This document shows positions 35,918 through 48,310 of a stretch of 64,000 nt of DNA, piece by piece. The stretch's first letter is position 1. Each line of letters begins with the position of its first letter. The notes under the pieces were generated by a model. That model ran no database searches and was not told where the DNA came from. It was given only the letters and a program-made list of their open reading frames with translations. Source of the DNA: Eledone cirrhosa (taxonomy: Eukaryota); the NCBI GenBank assembly GCA_964016885.1, contig OZ024742.1:127906001-127970000 (forward strand), given 5' to 3'. The position numbers were made by a program, and so were the translations under genes.

Positions 35918-36759
35918 CACGCCTCCACTCCCATGCTATACAAACCAAGACATGATAAAATCACAGACAAAATTTGTCTTGTACTATAAATAAACCAACG
36001 ATAGTACAGTTAGAATATTAAAGTTAAAACAAGTATTGATTGTTCTAGATCAAGTGTTACTAATTGCTGCCAACAATACTATTATTAACATCAGCAATCT
36101 ATGTGGGCTAGGTATATGCTATTTCTAGGGTATTTTATGTAGTTAATTAAGATAATGTGTAATATTTAGAAATCGTGATATGTCTAAATTTTGACATGAA
36201 ATTGTGCTTCAATGAATCATTAACCTTGTGCTAGAGGAATTGATCTTGATACTGGACATTGATTAATACATGTCAATATTGTTTGATACTCAACAATTAA
36301 ATCTCTTTTCTAACCTAATCTGTCCTATCGAATATGGGCATTTCATTTACCTTACTCCAGGTACAAGTTGACTTACCCAATATACACTGCAATAAGATGA
36401 AGTCTTCAGTAGAGTTTCTATGCACCATGTTTGAGACAAGCAAGCATATGTAGTGTACAGAAGCAAAACACAGAATTTGCATTTTCCAAAATATTGTACC
36501 ACAAGGATCCATCCTTCTATCTATTCCTTTTAAATCTATATTAACATAACCCTCCCACACCTCAATAAAACACATACATAGCTTCCTATGTATGAAGGTC
36601 AGCTGAAAAGTTCATAGACTGACTAAGAAAAAATGATGGTAGTCCTGTGAAATCTTGAATGTATTAATTTCAACTCTTATTAATAACTGCATCGTTTCTT
36701 TCTAGGGACTACGTTAAAAAATAAACCTCACTTGGTCATTCCATGAGAGTATCTTGGTC

Positions 36760-37125
36760 ATCATCATCATTATTTTACGTCCGCTTTTGCCTGCTTGCAA
36801 GGGTGGGACGGGTCTTATTCAGCACAGCATCTCTCCACTTGTCACGGTCCTTCGTCATCTACACCGTGAGCTTCAGTGATCTGAGGTCTGTTCTCACCAC
36901 CTCCACCCATGTTTTTCGTGGTCTACCTCTACGTCTTCCTTCAACTGGCATTTTCTGGCACTTCTTCACCCATCGGTCATCTTCCATGCGCATCACATGT
37001 CCATACCACCGCAGTCTCCTCTCTCGTACACTACATTCTATCCCTCTCAGACAGTTTCTCTCTCAACACATCCATGTTGGGTCATTCACATTGACATTGC
37101 ACATCCAACATGCATTTTACAGCTG
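36760..37125 (-). mobile_element. RTE LINE 3' end
   Basis: RLRWYGHVMRM..GRRRGRPRKTW motif on the minus strand and (tga)n tail. Confidence 0.75.
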
Positions 37126-37848
37126 ATCTTTGTATATGACATCACACACATCATTCTCCAGACAAAGCTGCAGAATTCCTCCAACCCTTTATTAAAAGTA
37201 ACACCTACTTAATCCACTATTTTCTACCTAATTAGCAACACCAGAGAACCTCAAATACAACCAACTCAGAAACATCATACACACTGAAAATGAAAATACC
37301 AGGAATTACATAAAAAAAACATTGGCAGCACATAAAGAAGATATAGTAAAGAAAGTAAAATAACACATTCTCTTAATCATTTCTGCTTCTGCTTATAGGC
37401 AGTATCAGTAGAGGGTTGGACGCCATGCTTTGACGCATAGAGTTACGGCCCTTGCCATTCTGAGTTCAAATCCCGCCAAGGTTAACTTTTCCTTTCATCC
37501 TTACGGGGTCGATAAAATAAAGTACCAGTAATGCACTGGGTAATTCTGGCCTTGTCCCAAAAGTAGAAACAATTATTTCTGCTTCTGCTTACAACAGAGT
37601 ATGAAAGACATGAATATATTTCCTTCATTTATCCCTGTTTGTTGTCATTGATTTTGAGTTCTTCTAATGATTGACATTAATAACATTTTAGGACCTGGTC
37701 TCTCTATCTACCATTTAGGTGTTCTCAAATTCTCTTTCCAGGTATCACATCCTTCAGGCAGATTTTTAAAAAGACCACAAGTTGAGTGTTTGATATGGCC
37801 AAATAGTTTGAGAGAGTTGCTTTTAATGAATGACAGAAACTTACTTAA

Positions 37849-38036
37849 CCCTTTATCATTTAAACCTGCCATATCCGGCCAGAATTCTCTCACCTCTTTC
37901 TGTTCAAACCAGCCACTCATGCTTATGTTAAGGTATTGTTCTCAAAATAAATAATATCAAAATCTCATAGATTTTATATTATGTGAGATAACTGCGAGGT
38001 AAAGCCTCTTCTGTGAGTAATGTGATTGCTAAAGGG
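37849..38036. mobile_element. piggyBac-type MITE (related copies ~9945-10143 and 56140-56275)
   Basis: TTAA|cccttta...taaaggg|TTAA. Confidence 0.7.
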
Positions 38037-39068
38037 TTAAATTAATTGCAGAAATAACATAAGTGTACAAACAATAGATTAGATAAATTCATTATGGATT
38101 ATGCTTTTCTCTGCCACCATCTTTCAACAAATGCCCATAAATTGAAAGAAAAACCACAAAATAGCATACTTCACATCATCCTAAGCTGAACTCATTAGAC
38201 CAATGGAACAACTAAACATAAAAGACCAACACTCGTATAATGGACATGTCACTACATGCACATTCATTTCAACCCTCAATTACTAGATACATCCACAACA
38301 CTATTTCTTCTATTCAGTCCAGACAAGCACAAAACTGACACACATAAAATGAGATACATCATCAATAGCTTTATAAACCACCAAAGCTGTTCTGGGATGA
38401 GCGCCACGAATAAGGATTTCTAATTTAGGCACAAGACCCATTATTTGGGGGAGGAGAAAGTTGATTGCATAGAAAAGAATTCAATCATATTTATTAAATA
38501 TCTCTTTTATTAACTATAACACTTTGAAACCTACTAACAAATTAACCATTTTACTAGATATATATACCAATATTTGAAAGGATAATTAAGTTACGTGCAG
38601 GATTTCTTACTTCTTCTATACACCAATCTAATGGAGTCACTGTTATATTGAGTCAAACATTTTATTTTTATTAAATACAGACATTTTATACAACATAATT
38701 TATACTTAGAAATGACATTAAATATTGATATTCAAAGCAAAATTGTTTTTCTTTAGAAAATCTCATTTATGTTCATGTTTGCATAGTATTCTATTATTCT
38801 GTTTATATTTTGGTATTATTAGAGAACACCCCCATCCAGTGGCGGACTGGCCAGTTCGTCAGCCTGCCTGATGGCAAGTGGGCTCCACAGTAGCATATTA
38901 GGGGCCATGCAAAGATTTGCCTTCAAAGACAATATCAGAAGTCCTAGAGAAAGAATAAAAATAAAAAAAAAACAAAAACAATACAAATGAAAATATATGC
39001 TGTTTTAGTCAGCCAGAATCAATACATACATACATAATTATACACACATGCATATATATATATACGTA

Positions 39069-39102
<34 letters not shown>

Positions 39103-39353
39103 GGAACACACAAGAAGACTGTCTCCTGTTTATTTTCCCAGGGGACTGGCTAAAATTGGGTAGAGCCTATGGCTTATTAACCTCCACAGAAAGCAGAGGA
39201 AGTATCTATACACATATATTTATAAGTATTTCTCTCTTTACTGAGTTATAAAAAGCTCCAAATTTTTTCCTTGAGCTTATTTGATTGTAAAGGAATATTG
39301 TGAGTTTTTAACTCGACAATTTAATTTGATATATATATATTGGCAGAGAGGTA

Positions 39354-39398
39354 AATAGTCCTGATGAAAGGTAATGACTCAGAAACAAGTTGATTATT
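39354..39398 (+). ncRNA. Degenerate minimal hammerhead-like motif
   Basis: aatagtc-CTGATGA...GAAAC-aa-GTT-gattatt; 7-bp stem I, poor stem II. Confidence 0.4.
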
Positions 39399-39769
39399 CC
39401 CTGATGCCACCGACATCAAGGCACAGCACAGCTTTGTCAGGCCATTTGCTTGCAAATGAATCGAATATTATTATTAATGTTCGATATAACCCATATGTAC
39501 ATATGCATATGTATATATATATATGTGTGTACGTATGCATACTTAATCCAACTGTAGAAAACCTGCCAGACAGTCCTATGCGAGCAAGACAACCACTCTT
39601 GCCTCAAGTGGGAAAACCCCCGTCCAAACCCATGCAAGCGTGGAACACGGACGCTAAACCTGATGATGATGATGATGATGATATATATCTTTCTTTCCTT
39701 TTTCCATATGAAGCATGAAATTAATAAGACTTTCTGTACCGCTGTTTGTTGTTTTCTTGAACTACATGA

Positions 39770-41550
39770 AATATACCTCTTGGAGCCGTTCGAAATCTCA
39801 CGGTCCATCCGACAAGGGTGCTCTCTCTCTCCTCCCTTCTGTATGTAGTGACTCTAGAGCCACTGCTGCGGAAGTTGAAGTTGTTGCAGGGCATCCCATT
39901 GGAACCGGGATTGCGGAAAGCGGTGTCGGCCTACGCCGATGACGTAACAGTAATGGTGTCGACGGCCTCGGAAATCGGGGCGATCAGCACTTTACTGGAG
40001 GAGTACGAAAGGTTTACAGGGGCTAAGCTGAACCAGGACAAGTCGATCGGTTTGCAACTCGGCACGTGGAGGGGGCAAATCTGGACGGAGGGCCCGGTGA
40101 AGTTGCTCGGGGTCTGGTTCGGACCAGACCTCCAGGTGGAGAAGAACTGGGGTGAGGTAACGAACAGAGTGTTTGCACTGACCCAGATGTGGGCCGAGTG
40201 CAAACTGTCCCTGAAAGGTCGGGCGGAGTTGGCGAACACTTATATAGCGTCCGTCATCTTCTACCGCCTGACTGTCGTGCCTTGCCCAAGGGAAACGCTC
40301 GCCAAAATGGAGCGCACACTCTTCCAATTCCTTTGGAAGAAGCGGGCTCCTATGGTGAGGAGATCCATCTGCTGTCAACACCCTTCGAAAGGAGGGCTGG
40401 GGATGCCGTGGCTGATGATGTATAAACACACATTAAGGCTACGGCACCTCCAGGTATTCCTCACCGGTCAATCGGTGTGGGTCCCGTTTGTGAGGCGAGC
40501 CTTTCCAGACTCGTCTCGCTCACCAAGCTGCAGTCCTGGGTCAAGCAAAGACCGAGAAAACTGGGCGCCTGGCACACCGAGTGTGCCCAGTCGCTCACGG
40601 CTCTCTGGCAGGCGGACACGGCTGTCAGTGGAGAATCCACCTCGTCATTCTATAGAGGGCTGGTGGTTAGCAGGTGCGACTAAGCCCTCGAAGAGGCCCT
40701 GGGCATGGAGGAGGAGCTGGCCGACCTGTTCGGTAGGACATTCAGCCCGGGACCTATGGATAACTTCCAGAAGTCCCTGGCCTGGCAGTGCTACCGAGGG
40801 GCTCTGCCCGTTCGAGAAAAGCTCTACAGACACGGGCGCTCGAGTAGGGACCCCTCAAAAAAGATCTGTCTCAGATGCGTGTGCGACGAGGAAACCGTTG
40901 CACACGCATTGGTACACTGCTCGGGAATTGCTGATCTGTGGGGCTATGTCGAACGACTGCTGTCATGGGTGGGACCGATCCGGTTGACCACTGAGTCTAT
41001 TGTAACGATCAAGCCGCCTCCCCTCTTCAAAAACGAAGGAGAGGCAGTGTTTCTGTGCGTAATAGCCATGGTGAAAGAGGTTGTATGGTGGACGTGTCTG
41101 AAAGGACTGAGGTTAGACACCTTTCTCTCTGGCCAACAACTGGTCCGTTTCTTCCGATATCATTTCAGAAGAAGGATCAGGTTGGAGAGAGAGGTGCTGC
41201 ACCCCAGTTGTTTTTATGAAAGATGGGTGAAAGTGGCGAGAATGGCCCATGTGAATGGGCCTTCACTCTACATCAGACTGTAGGTGAGAAAGATGAAAGA
41301 TCAAGGGAACACCCTCTCTCTGTGCTCCTGAGGAGAAGGGTTGCACACTTTTTCGGGGGTGTGCGCGACCTCCCCAAGGCGCCGCCTCCCTATTGAGGAT
41401 TTTGTTATTCAATTTATTTTTGTTATATTTTATATTTTTATATTTTGTTATTGCCGCCTCCTTATTGAGGACGCCTTTTTATGTAAACTCCCCCCCATTG
41501 TACTTGTCCCACTCTTTGACGCCCTGGTGGCAAATAAAAAGAAAGTTATA
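39770..41550 (+). mobile_element. 5'-truncated Tx1/L1-like LINE (RT with YADD, C-terminal zinc finger, 3' UTR with AATAAA)
   Basis: SIRQGCSLSP, SAYADDVT, GAKLNQDKS, GGLGMP and CLRC..EETVAHALVHC; frameshifts. Confidence 0.9.
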
Positions 41551-42049
41551 TATATATATATCTAAAACAGACAATGTCTGTCAGCTCCCTAAAACTCGAG
41601 AACCACCCAACCGATTGTTTTCAAACTTTACACATGTAGGGACCGCATTAGGCAATTTAGCAATGACTCTCTATAATTCTTTTTAGATAGATACATAGAT
41701 ATAACATTGCGCCCTTATAATATGTCTGTATGTCTGTATGTCTGCATTACGACATTATGATGCGGTGTGTGTGTGTATATATATAATGTAGTGTGTAACA
41801 TTTTTCGAAATATTTATTTCTGCGTTCACAGATTGATTTTTTTAGTTTCAGAAGATCCCGTTTGCTTAAACTTTAATCTGTTATTTTAATATATATATAA
41901 TTATATATTCGTGTACAGATATTTTTGCATACACAATAACAAAATATAAACAAATGTATTTATTTCACAAGGCTCGATAATGATAAATATATATAAAATA
42001 TATAAGAACCCTAGAGCCAATCCCGAGCAACACCAGGCCATTCTGCTAG
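41551..42049 (+). mobile_element. Non-autonomous Helitron-like element
   Basis: Starts in (TA)n-TCTAAAAC; ends with a degenerate hairpin cccgagcaacaccagg then CTAG|T. Confidence 0.55.
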
Positions 42050-42410
42050 TATATATATAACATTCTTTGTCTCTCTGTCCGGCTTTTCCTTGTGCGTTCC
42101 TAAACGGCTCGACCAAATGAAATCAAATTTTTTATTTTCACTTGGATTAAACCAATATAACACTTTATCTAAAATAATCTAATGTAGACAACTATAAACG
42201 GATATTTTCTAACACGACGACATCACATTTTGTATATGAATGTGTATGTGAGTGTGTGTGTTTGCGTGTTCATTACATACATTATGTCTTAATAAGTTAC
42301 ATACATACACATCTTCATGTAAATACTTAATCAGATACAGAGAATTAAACACACTATTTGGACGCTGGTTTGCACACTCACACGCACATATTTATATACA
42401 ATTATCTATA

Positions 42411-42959
42411 TCTATATATAATATAAAAGATTTAAACTTCCATCATCCTTTTGAGAAACATAGACCTGCTACTTCTATGCAATGGCACACACTTTAGAGC
42501 CAGGAGGATGATGAACCATCTCCTAGTGGTCACTATTGTTGGAGGCAATCATCAAGGAAAAAATGCATTTATTCCCAAGATTCCTCTTATCCCTCCTCCA
42601 CTTAGTTGCCATTCAAATTCTTAAGACTTCAGTTCCCTGTTAGAGCCAGTTTTACTATGACATAAAGCTCAGGCCCAGAGATTCAAAGTTGTAGAATTGA
42701 ATACAAGAGAATCGCTTTTTACCTATGGACAGTTATATGTAGGTTGTTCACGAGTGGAAACACCTAGAAATCTTCATATACTGTGCACGAACGGTAAAAC
42801 GAAGAATCTGGTGTATCTGGAAGATTTTAATTTTTTTGTAACACACACCAGTCTCATCTCATACTGTAAACCAGACAAACATCCAATACAGTCATTTGCT
42901 CTTCTACCTGTCTTCTCTTATTATCTGTTTACCCAGTCGAAGCTGGGTACATCAGCTAG
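42411..42959 (+). mobile_element. Internally deleted Helitron with both termini
   Basis: A|TCTATATA start; Pif1 C-terminal remnants (FTYGQLYVGCSRV); hairpin acccag-tcgaag-ctgggt at 42931-42948; CTAG|T end. Confidence 0.8.
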
Positions 42960-42964
42960 TCTAT

Positions 42965-44372
42965 ACATCATCAGCACCTTTTTACGCCCATGCTAGTATG
43001 GGTTCGACGGGTTGTCCTGTTGTGGACAATTCCAGGTCAGGTCATATGGGAACTGATTTTGGCTTGATTTCTATAGCTGGATGCCCTTCCTAACACCAAC
43101 CTCATTTACAGTGAGCACCTACACAACTATTTTACAGTGTGGACAGTGCTTTTATGTCGCGACGCTTACACGATCACTTTACAGTGGGAAGGGGGTAGGG
43201 ATGCTTCAGCTTCGGCTTGTACCCATGGGAAGTCGAGTTTTCTGTCGGTCTTGGTCCAGTGTCATCACCTTTGAGAGGTGCAATTGGGCAAGATCAGCTT
43301 TTATCACCTTATCCCAGATCTTCTTGGGTCTCCCCACTCCAAGGCACCATCGACTTTTAGTGTTCTGCAACTTTTTAAGCAGCTGTAATCCTTCATACGC
43401 ATCACATGTCCATACCAACGTAATCTTCTCTCCTGCACATATCATTTGATTCCTCTTATACTTAGTCTCTCTCCCAATTTGTTTATGCTTTGCTGTTCAC
43501 GTATATTACTATTACACATCCATTGGAGCATGCAAGCTTCATTTCTTTCTAATCTACGCAAGTCTTTTGCACACAACGGCCAGGTCTCACTACCATGCAA
43601 CAATGGTATTCATATGCACGCATCATTCAGTCTGCCTTTCATTCTGAGGGAGAAGACTTGTGCAGCTAGTAGTGGTAGTAGCTCCCTGAACTTCTTCCAT
43701 TCTGTTCTTACCCTGTTTACTGTACTTTCAGAACACCCACCTCCGCTGTTAATTCGGTCACCTGTTTCTACCAAGCCCTCCCAGAATTTGGTAGTGCTTG
43801 TTTCCTGTGGTCGTTTGCTGCTTACTGTCTCGGTGTAACTGCTACATGTAAAGCCTACATTCTTAGCTAAACTTCCTGAGATCCCACTACATCTCTCGTG
43901 TACTCATAGTTTAAATTTGGGGCAGAATATGGAGTTTCTACCTACACCTTTCCTACATACTGAGCAAGGCCATTTCCCTGAAGGGATCTGGGTTCTGTTT
44001 TCTCTTCTACTTACAAGAACCTTAGTTTTTGTCAGGCTGACTTTGAGACCGCTTCTTTCTAGGGCCTGCTTTCATGTTTAGAATCTTTTCTCTAGTTCCA
44101 CCATAGATTCAGCTATAAGTGTAAGATCATCCGCGTACAGGAGTTCCCATGGGCATCCAGTCTTAAACTGCTCTGTTACAGCCTGCAATACGATAATAAA
44201 CAGGAGAGGGCTAAGAACAGAGCCCTGGTGGACACAAACCTGTATTCCTCACTATAGTCATTGTTAACCCTAACTTTGCTGACTGCTCCCCTACACATGG
44301 CTTGTACAGTCTTCACAAGCCATTCATCTACTCTTAGTTTTCTAAGAGCCCACCAGATTATACCACGGGGCA
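42965..44372 (-). mobile_element. RTE LINE RT/3' fragment with 3' tail
   Basis: IWWALRKLRVDEWLVK, GCPWELLYADDL and GRPKKIWD. Confidence 0.85.
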
Positions 44373-44378
44373 CACACT

Positions 44379-44410
<32 letters not shown>

Positions 44411-44411
<1 letters not shown>

Positions 44412-45292
44412 AGGGTGCGGACGATATTTGTTCGGAAGATTACTGTCTAGGAAAAAATAACACAGTAGTTTTATTTTTTAAGATATATTTATCAAACTTG
44501 GGTCAGTTTGTCTTCATGACTTGTTCTTTCGATCTCACTCGATAAACCCGCCATTGGCTTTGATGACGGCCTCGGAACCGGCTACAGGCCTTCGTCACTG
44601 TCCCCCCAACTTAGGCCCCTAAAGGCACTTGTGATCCTGGCCTTCAGATCGTCTTTCGTATTGCAGCTAGATCTGTTGGTGTCTCGTTCCACTGCGCCCC
44701 ACACAAAGAAGTTGAGGGGGTTGCAGTCAGGCAAGCTGGGAGGCCAGATGTCAGGTGAAGTGTGGTCGACGAAGTTCTCTGACAGCCAGGCTTGGGTCTT
44801 TCAGCTGGTATGGCAGGGCGCTGAGTCTTGCTGCCACACGTATGGCCTACCTGCAGCTACCTGGTTGATCCAGGGCTTTACTACCTCGCTCAGAACGCGG
44901 ATGTAGCCATCGGTGTTCAGCTTCAGGCCCTCAGGGAAGAAGTGAGGTGGCATGACATCACCTGGACTGCTGACGACACCTAAAACCAATGTTGTCGCTA
45001 GAAACTTTGTCTGCATGACTCTGGGCACGTCTTTGGATGAGACAGCGAGCCACCTGTTGTTCTGGGAATTGATCTTCTGGTCATATTTGTCCTCCCGGCG
45101 CAAATTCCAAGAAGAACTTTGCGTCTCTTCCACAAATTTGGAGGTTCAAAATTATTCATAATCAATTATTCTGAAAATAAATAATGGAAATATAGTCACT
45201 GTTTTGATGAAGACAAGAGTGACAACGGAAGTAAAAAAAATTTGCATCAAATTAGCAGTTGAAAATTGCGAACAAATATCGTCCGCACCCTG
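44411..45292 (-). mobile_element. Internally deleted mariner-like transposon, DD37D (maT) class
   Basis: Perfect 24-bp TIRs cagggtgcggacgatatttgttcg (44411-44434 / 45269-45292), TA flanks; WQQDSAPCH...WPPSLPDCNPLN with 37 residues between the second and third catalytic positions (third D mutated to N). Confidence 0.88.
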
Positions 45293-45807
45293 TATATATC
45301 ATCATCATCATTGTTTAACGTCCATCTTCCACACTAGCATGGGTTAGACGGTTTTGTTCCATTTGATGCGGGTATGTTCGGGAGACCGTGTCTTGCTCGC
45401 ACGGAAGTGTCTCTGGCAGGTTTTTTACAGCTGGATGCCCTTCCCAACACCAACCACATTTACAGTGTGGATTGTTATGTCATCGACATAGTGGACGGAA
45501 TGGAAATGGGAGGATGGGGTAGGGTGTGTGGGGTGTATATTGGGTTAAGAGGTGCCTACTGACTATAGGTTTGTATGCAATCAGTAGGCACCTCTGATAT
45601 ATATATATCATCATCATTTCCGTTTAACGTCAATTTTTCCATGCTTACATGGGTTAGACGGGTCGTCCACGTTGAAAGGCAAGTCTGGCCAGGGTTGGCC
45701 ATGTGTCACACCTTCTCCAGTGAGGACTGTAAATTTGGTTGGGTATTTTATAGTTGGATGCCCTTCCTAACACCAACCACATTTACAGTGTGGAACTGGA
45801 TGGCTTC

Positions 45808-46110
45808 GTTATGAGGAGGGACAGGCCAGTTGGCCACACCAAACCCATCTCACAACGGGACCATATTTTTGGAGCCCAACCTATCACACAATGGGAGCCA
45901 TAGTTTTGGAGCCCGATACTAGATGATACCGCTATGAGGAGGGACAGGTGCGGAACCAGTTTGGGAACCTGGCGTTGGATGGCACCACTATGCAAAGGGA
46001 CCAGTGATACCACCATGAGGAGAATTTTTGGAGCCCAGCACTGGGTGACACCACTAAGAGGAGGGACAGGCCATTTGGCTGCTCGAACCCCTCTCACAGT
46101 AGCACCCCTA
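45808..46110. repeat. GC-rich imperfect tandem repeats (gaggagggacagg..., ttttggagccc...)
   Basis: Motifs recur three times. Confidence 0.5.
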
Positions 46111-46123
46111 TATATATATAAAC

Positions 46124-46370
46124 AAATTTAATATAGAAATGGCTTCTACAGGACTAGAACTGTTTCATTCGAAGGAAAGCCAACTGTCATTGTAATACAT
46201 ATAAATACCGTATTACAATGACAGTTGGTTTTCCTGATGATTTCCTTCGAATGAAACAGTTCTAGTCCTGTAGAAACCATTTCTATATTAAATTTAATGT
46301 TTACACTCTTCTTATGTATTGAGTACCTTACTTACTGTGGTTACCCCCGATTGAAGCCGGGAGTCTCTTA
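46124..46370 (+). mobile_element. Inverted Penelope-type pLTR pair with a hammerhead ribozyme at 46227-46278
   Basis: Arms ~46124-46198 and 46210-46295; ggttttc-CTGATGA-tttccttcgaat-GAAA-cag-ttctagtc-ctg-TA-gaaacc. Confidence 0.75.
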
Positions 46371-46915
46371 CACACACAACATATATATATATATATATGA
46401 AAAAAATATCGTTTTTCACAAAAACCATATAAGAATTGGAATGAGGTAGGTGGAGAAGTTAAAACAGCTCAAAATAGTCATTTATTATAATAAATGTTTC
46501 ATACTTTCTTGATGGATTTTTCAAACAAGCATGTGTACACTGAAGTAGAGAGGACTTTTGAAAATTTTATTTATTCGTTATAAAAATTAAATGATAATAT
46601 AGTTGTGTGTGGGCCCCTTTGTCTCCTGCTGGCAACCAATATTTTTAGACCCAGTCTGCCACTCCCGCCATCGATTTCAGTGGGAAATAATCATTTTTCC
46701 TCGGGTTTTCGCCGAAAAGGGGAGAGAGAGAGAGAGGGGGACTTCGTATTTTTACGTCCACCCCTACCCGGAGTTTACTTTACCATTTTTTCCCCTCACT
46801 TTTTTCGTGTGCTACCAACTAGTCTTTCCTCCGAACATCCCGCAAATGACTTTTTCAGTATTATTATAGAACACCCCATCGATTTCATTTGAAGTCCACG
46901 GTTGTATCGCCGGAG

Positions 46916-47160
46916 AAAGACGGGATGGGCATGTTTGAAATGGTTTTGATCATGCGTCTGTTGGAGATCAGAGCTCAGCAACAACACCAGCTCTGTGGGG
47001 CCCAAGTTGTTGACCTTCTTGGGGGTAGGTCCTGGAGACTGATTTCTGATCTCGATCAAGCGAACAGTCTCATACACACGAAAGACGGGATGGGCATGGT
47101 TGAAATGGTTTTGATGATACGTCTGTTGGAGATAAGAGCTCATCAGCAACAACAACAAAA
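46916..47160. repeat. ~165-bp-period duplication
   Basis: aaagacgggatgggcatg.ttgaaatggttttgat...cagcaacaac at 46916 and 47081. Confidence 0.75.
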
Positions 47161-48260
47161 GTTCTGTATCATCTGCGCCATGTATGCAAAAGCAATGACG
47201 TAGTTTAGCCAGAATTCGCCGGACATGTTAACAATTAAGTATCCGTTTCTTTGTACAGCCAGCACTTTTCTTAGTTTTTTTACTGATGAATATCAACAAA
47301 TAAAACATTTTATTTCTTGGTTAAAATATATCATATACTAGCATAAAGTTTTCATTGTCGTTTTTTCAATTTCTTTATATTTTGTCACTATATTTTCATG
47401 TGTGTAAAAAGGGTATATTAAAAGTGATGCAAGAACTTGTGTTATTTCGTTATTTGAAAAGAATACAATGGTCTAAACTATATGGAGGTTAATAACAAAA
47501 ACAAGTCCTTGTATTCTTTTAAATAAAGTTCATTTTCGTATATGAAAACATACTGAGATTCTGGTTGTGACAAGATAAAAAAACAACCTGAATGATGACA
47601 AGATTTTACGCCAGTAAAATATATTTTAGAACTTTTTCTATATGATAAAGTATATAAGGTATTTTAAATAATATACGTTAAAGGCAATAGGAAAATAATC
47701 TTATATTAATGAGCGTAGATGCGTGGATTACACTAACAAAGATACTGGTGCTGTAAAAACTGCCATTTAAGAATGAAATCTACCCCTTCCTCTTTATAAA
47801 TAAAATGTCTGCGTCTCTATAACTATTTGAATAGAGAAAAGTCTGTATGGTTGTCCTACCTCTTAAAATAGCAGCCAAATTCTTTCTAAAATCATTAAAC
47901 GGGGCATATGGAATAGTATATCTAGGACTATATTCAATGTCTGTACATTATTGATAAGAGCTAACTTGGGGGGGCAATAACAACAGCGGAGAAAAATGTT
48001 CATAGTATTTCTTTACATGAATCAAAAATATTGAATTAAGATGGAAAGTAGAGGTGTTGTAGTAACTTATTTATGATGGATATTGTGTAAATGTAGTTTA
48101 CTTATGAACATATTTTTAATCTTCGCATACATAGTCAGTCTGTCACACACATACAACCCGGGGTCTACAGATACAGCACAAGTAATTATTACAATGCAAC
48201 AAGCAATAACATGTCAAAACAACTACCTAATATATTTCTTTTAAAAGTAAAACGTAGATT

Positions 48261-48310
48261 ACTCACGGTAAAGCAATTTAGATATATAACTGAATTGAAG
48301 TTCCGACGGT
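48261..48310 (-). promoter_or_regulatory. Candidate non-coding first exon/TSS of the LDAF1-like gene
   Basis: TCAGTT Inr-like sequence (48288-48293) followed by a cc|GTGAGT donor (48266-48261) in a TE-poor 2-kb block; speculative. Confidence 0.25.
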
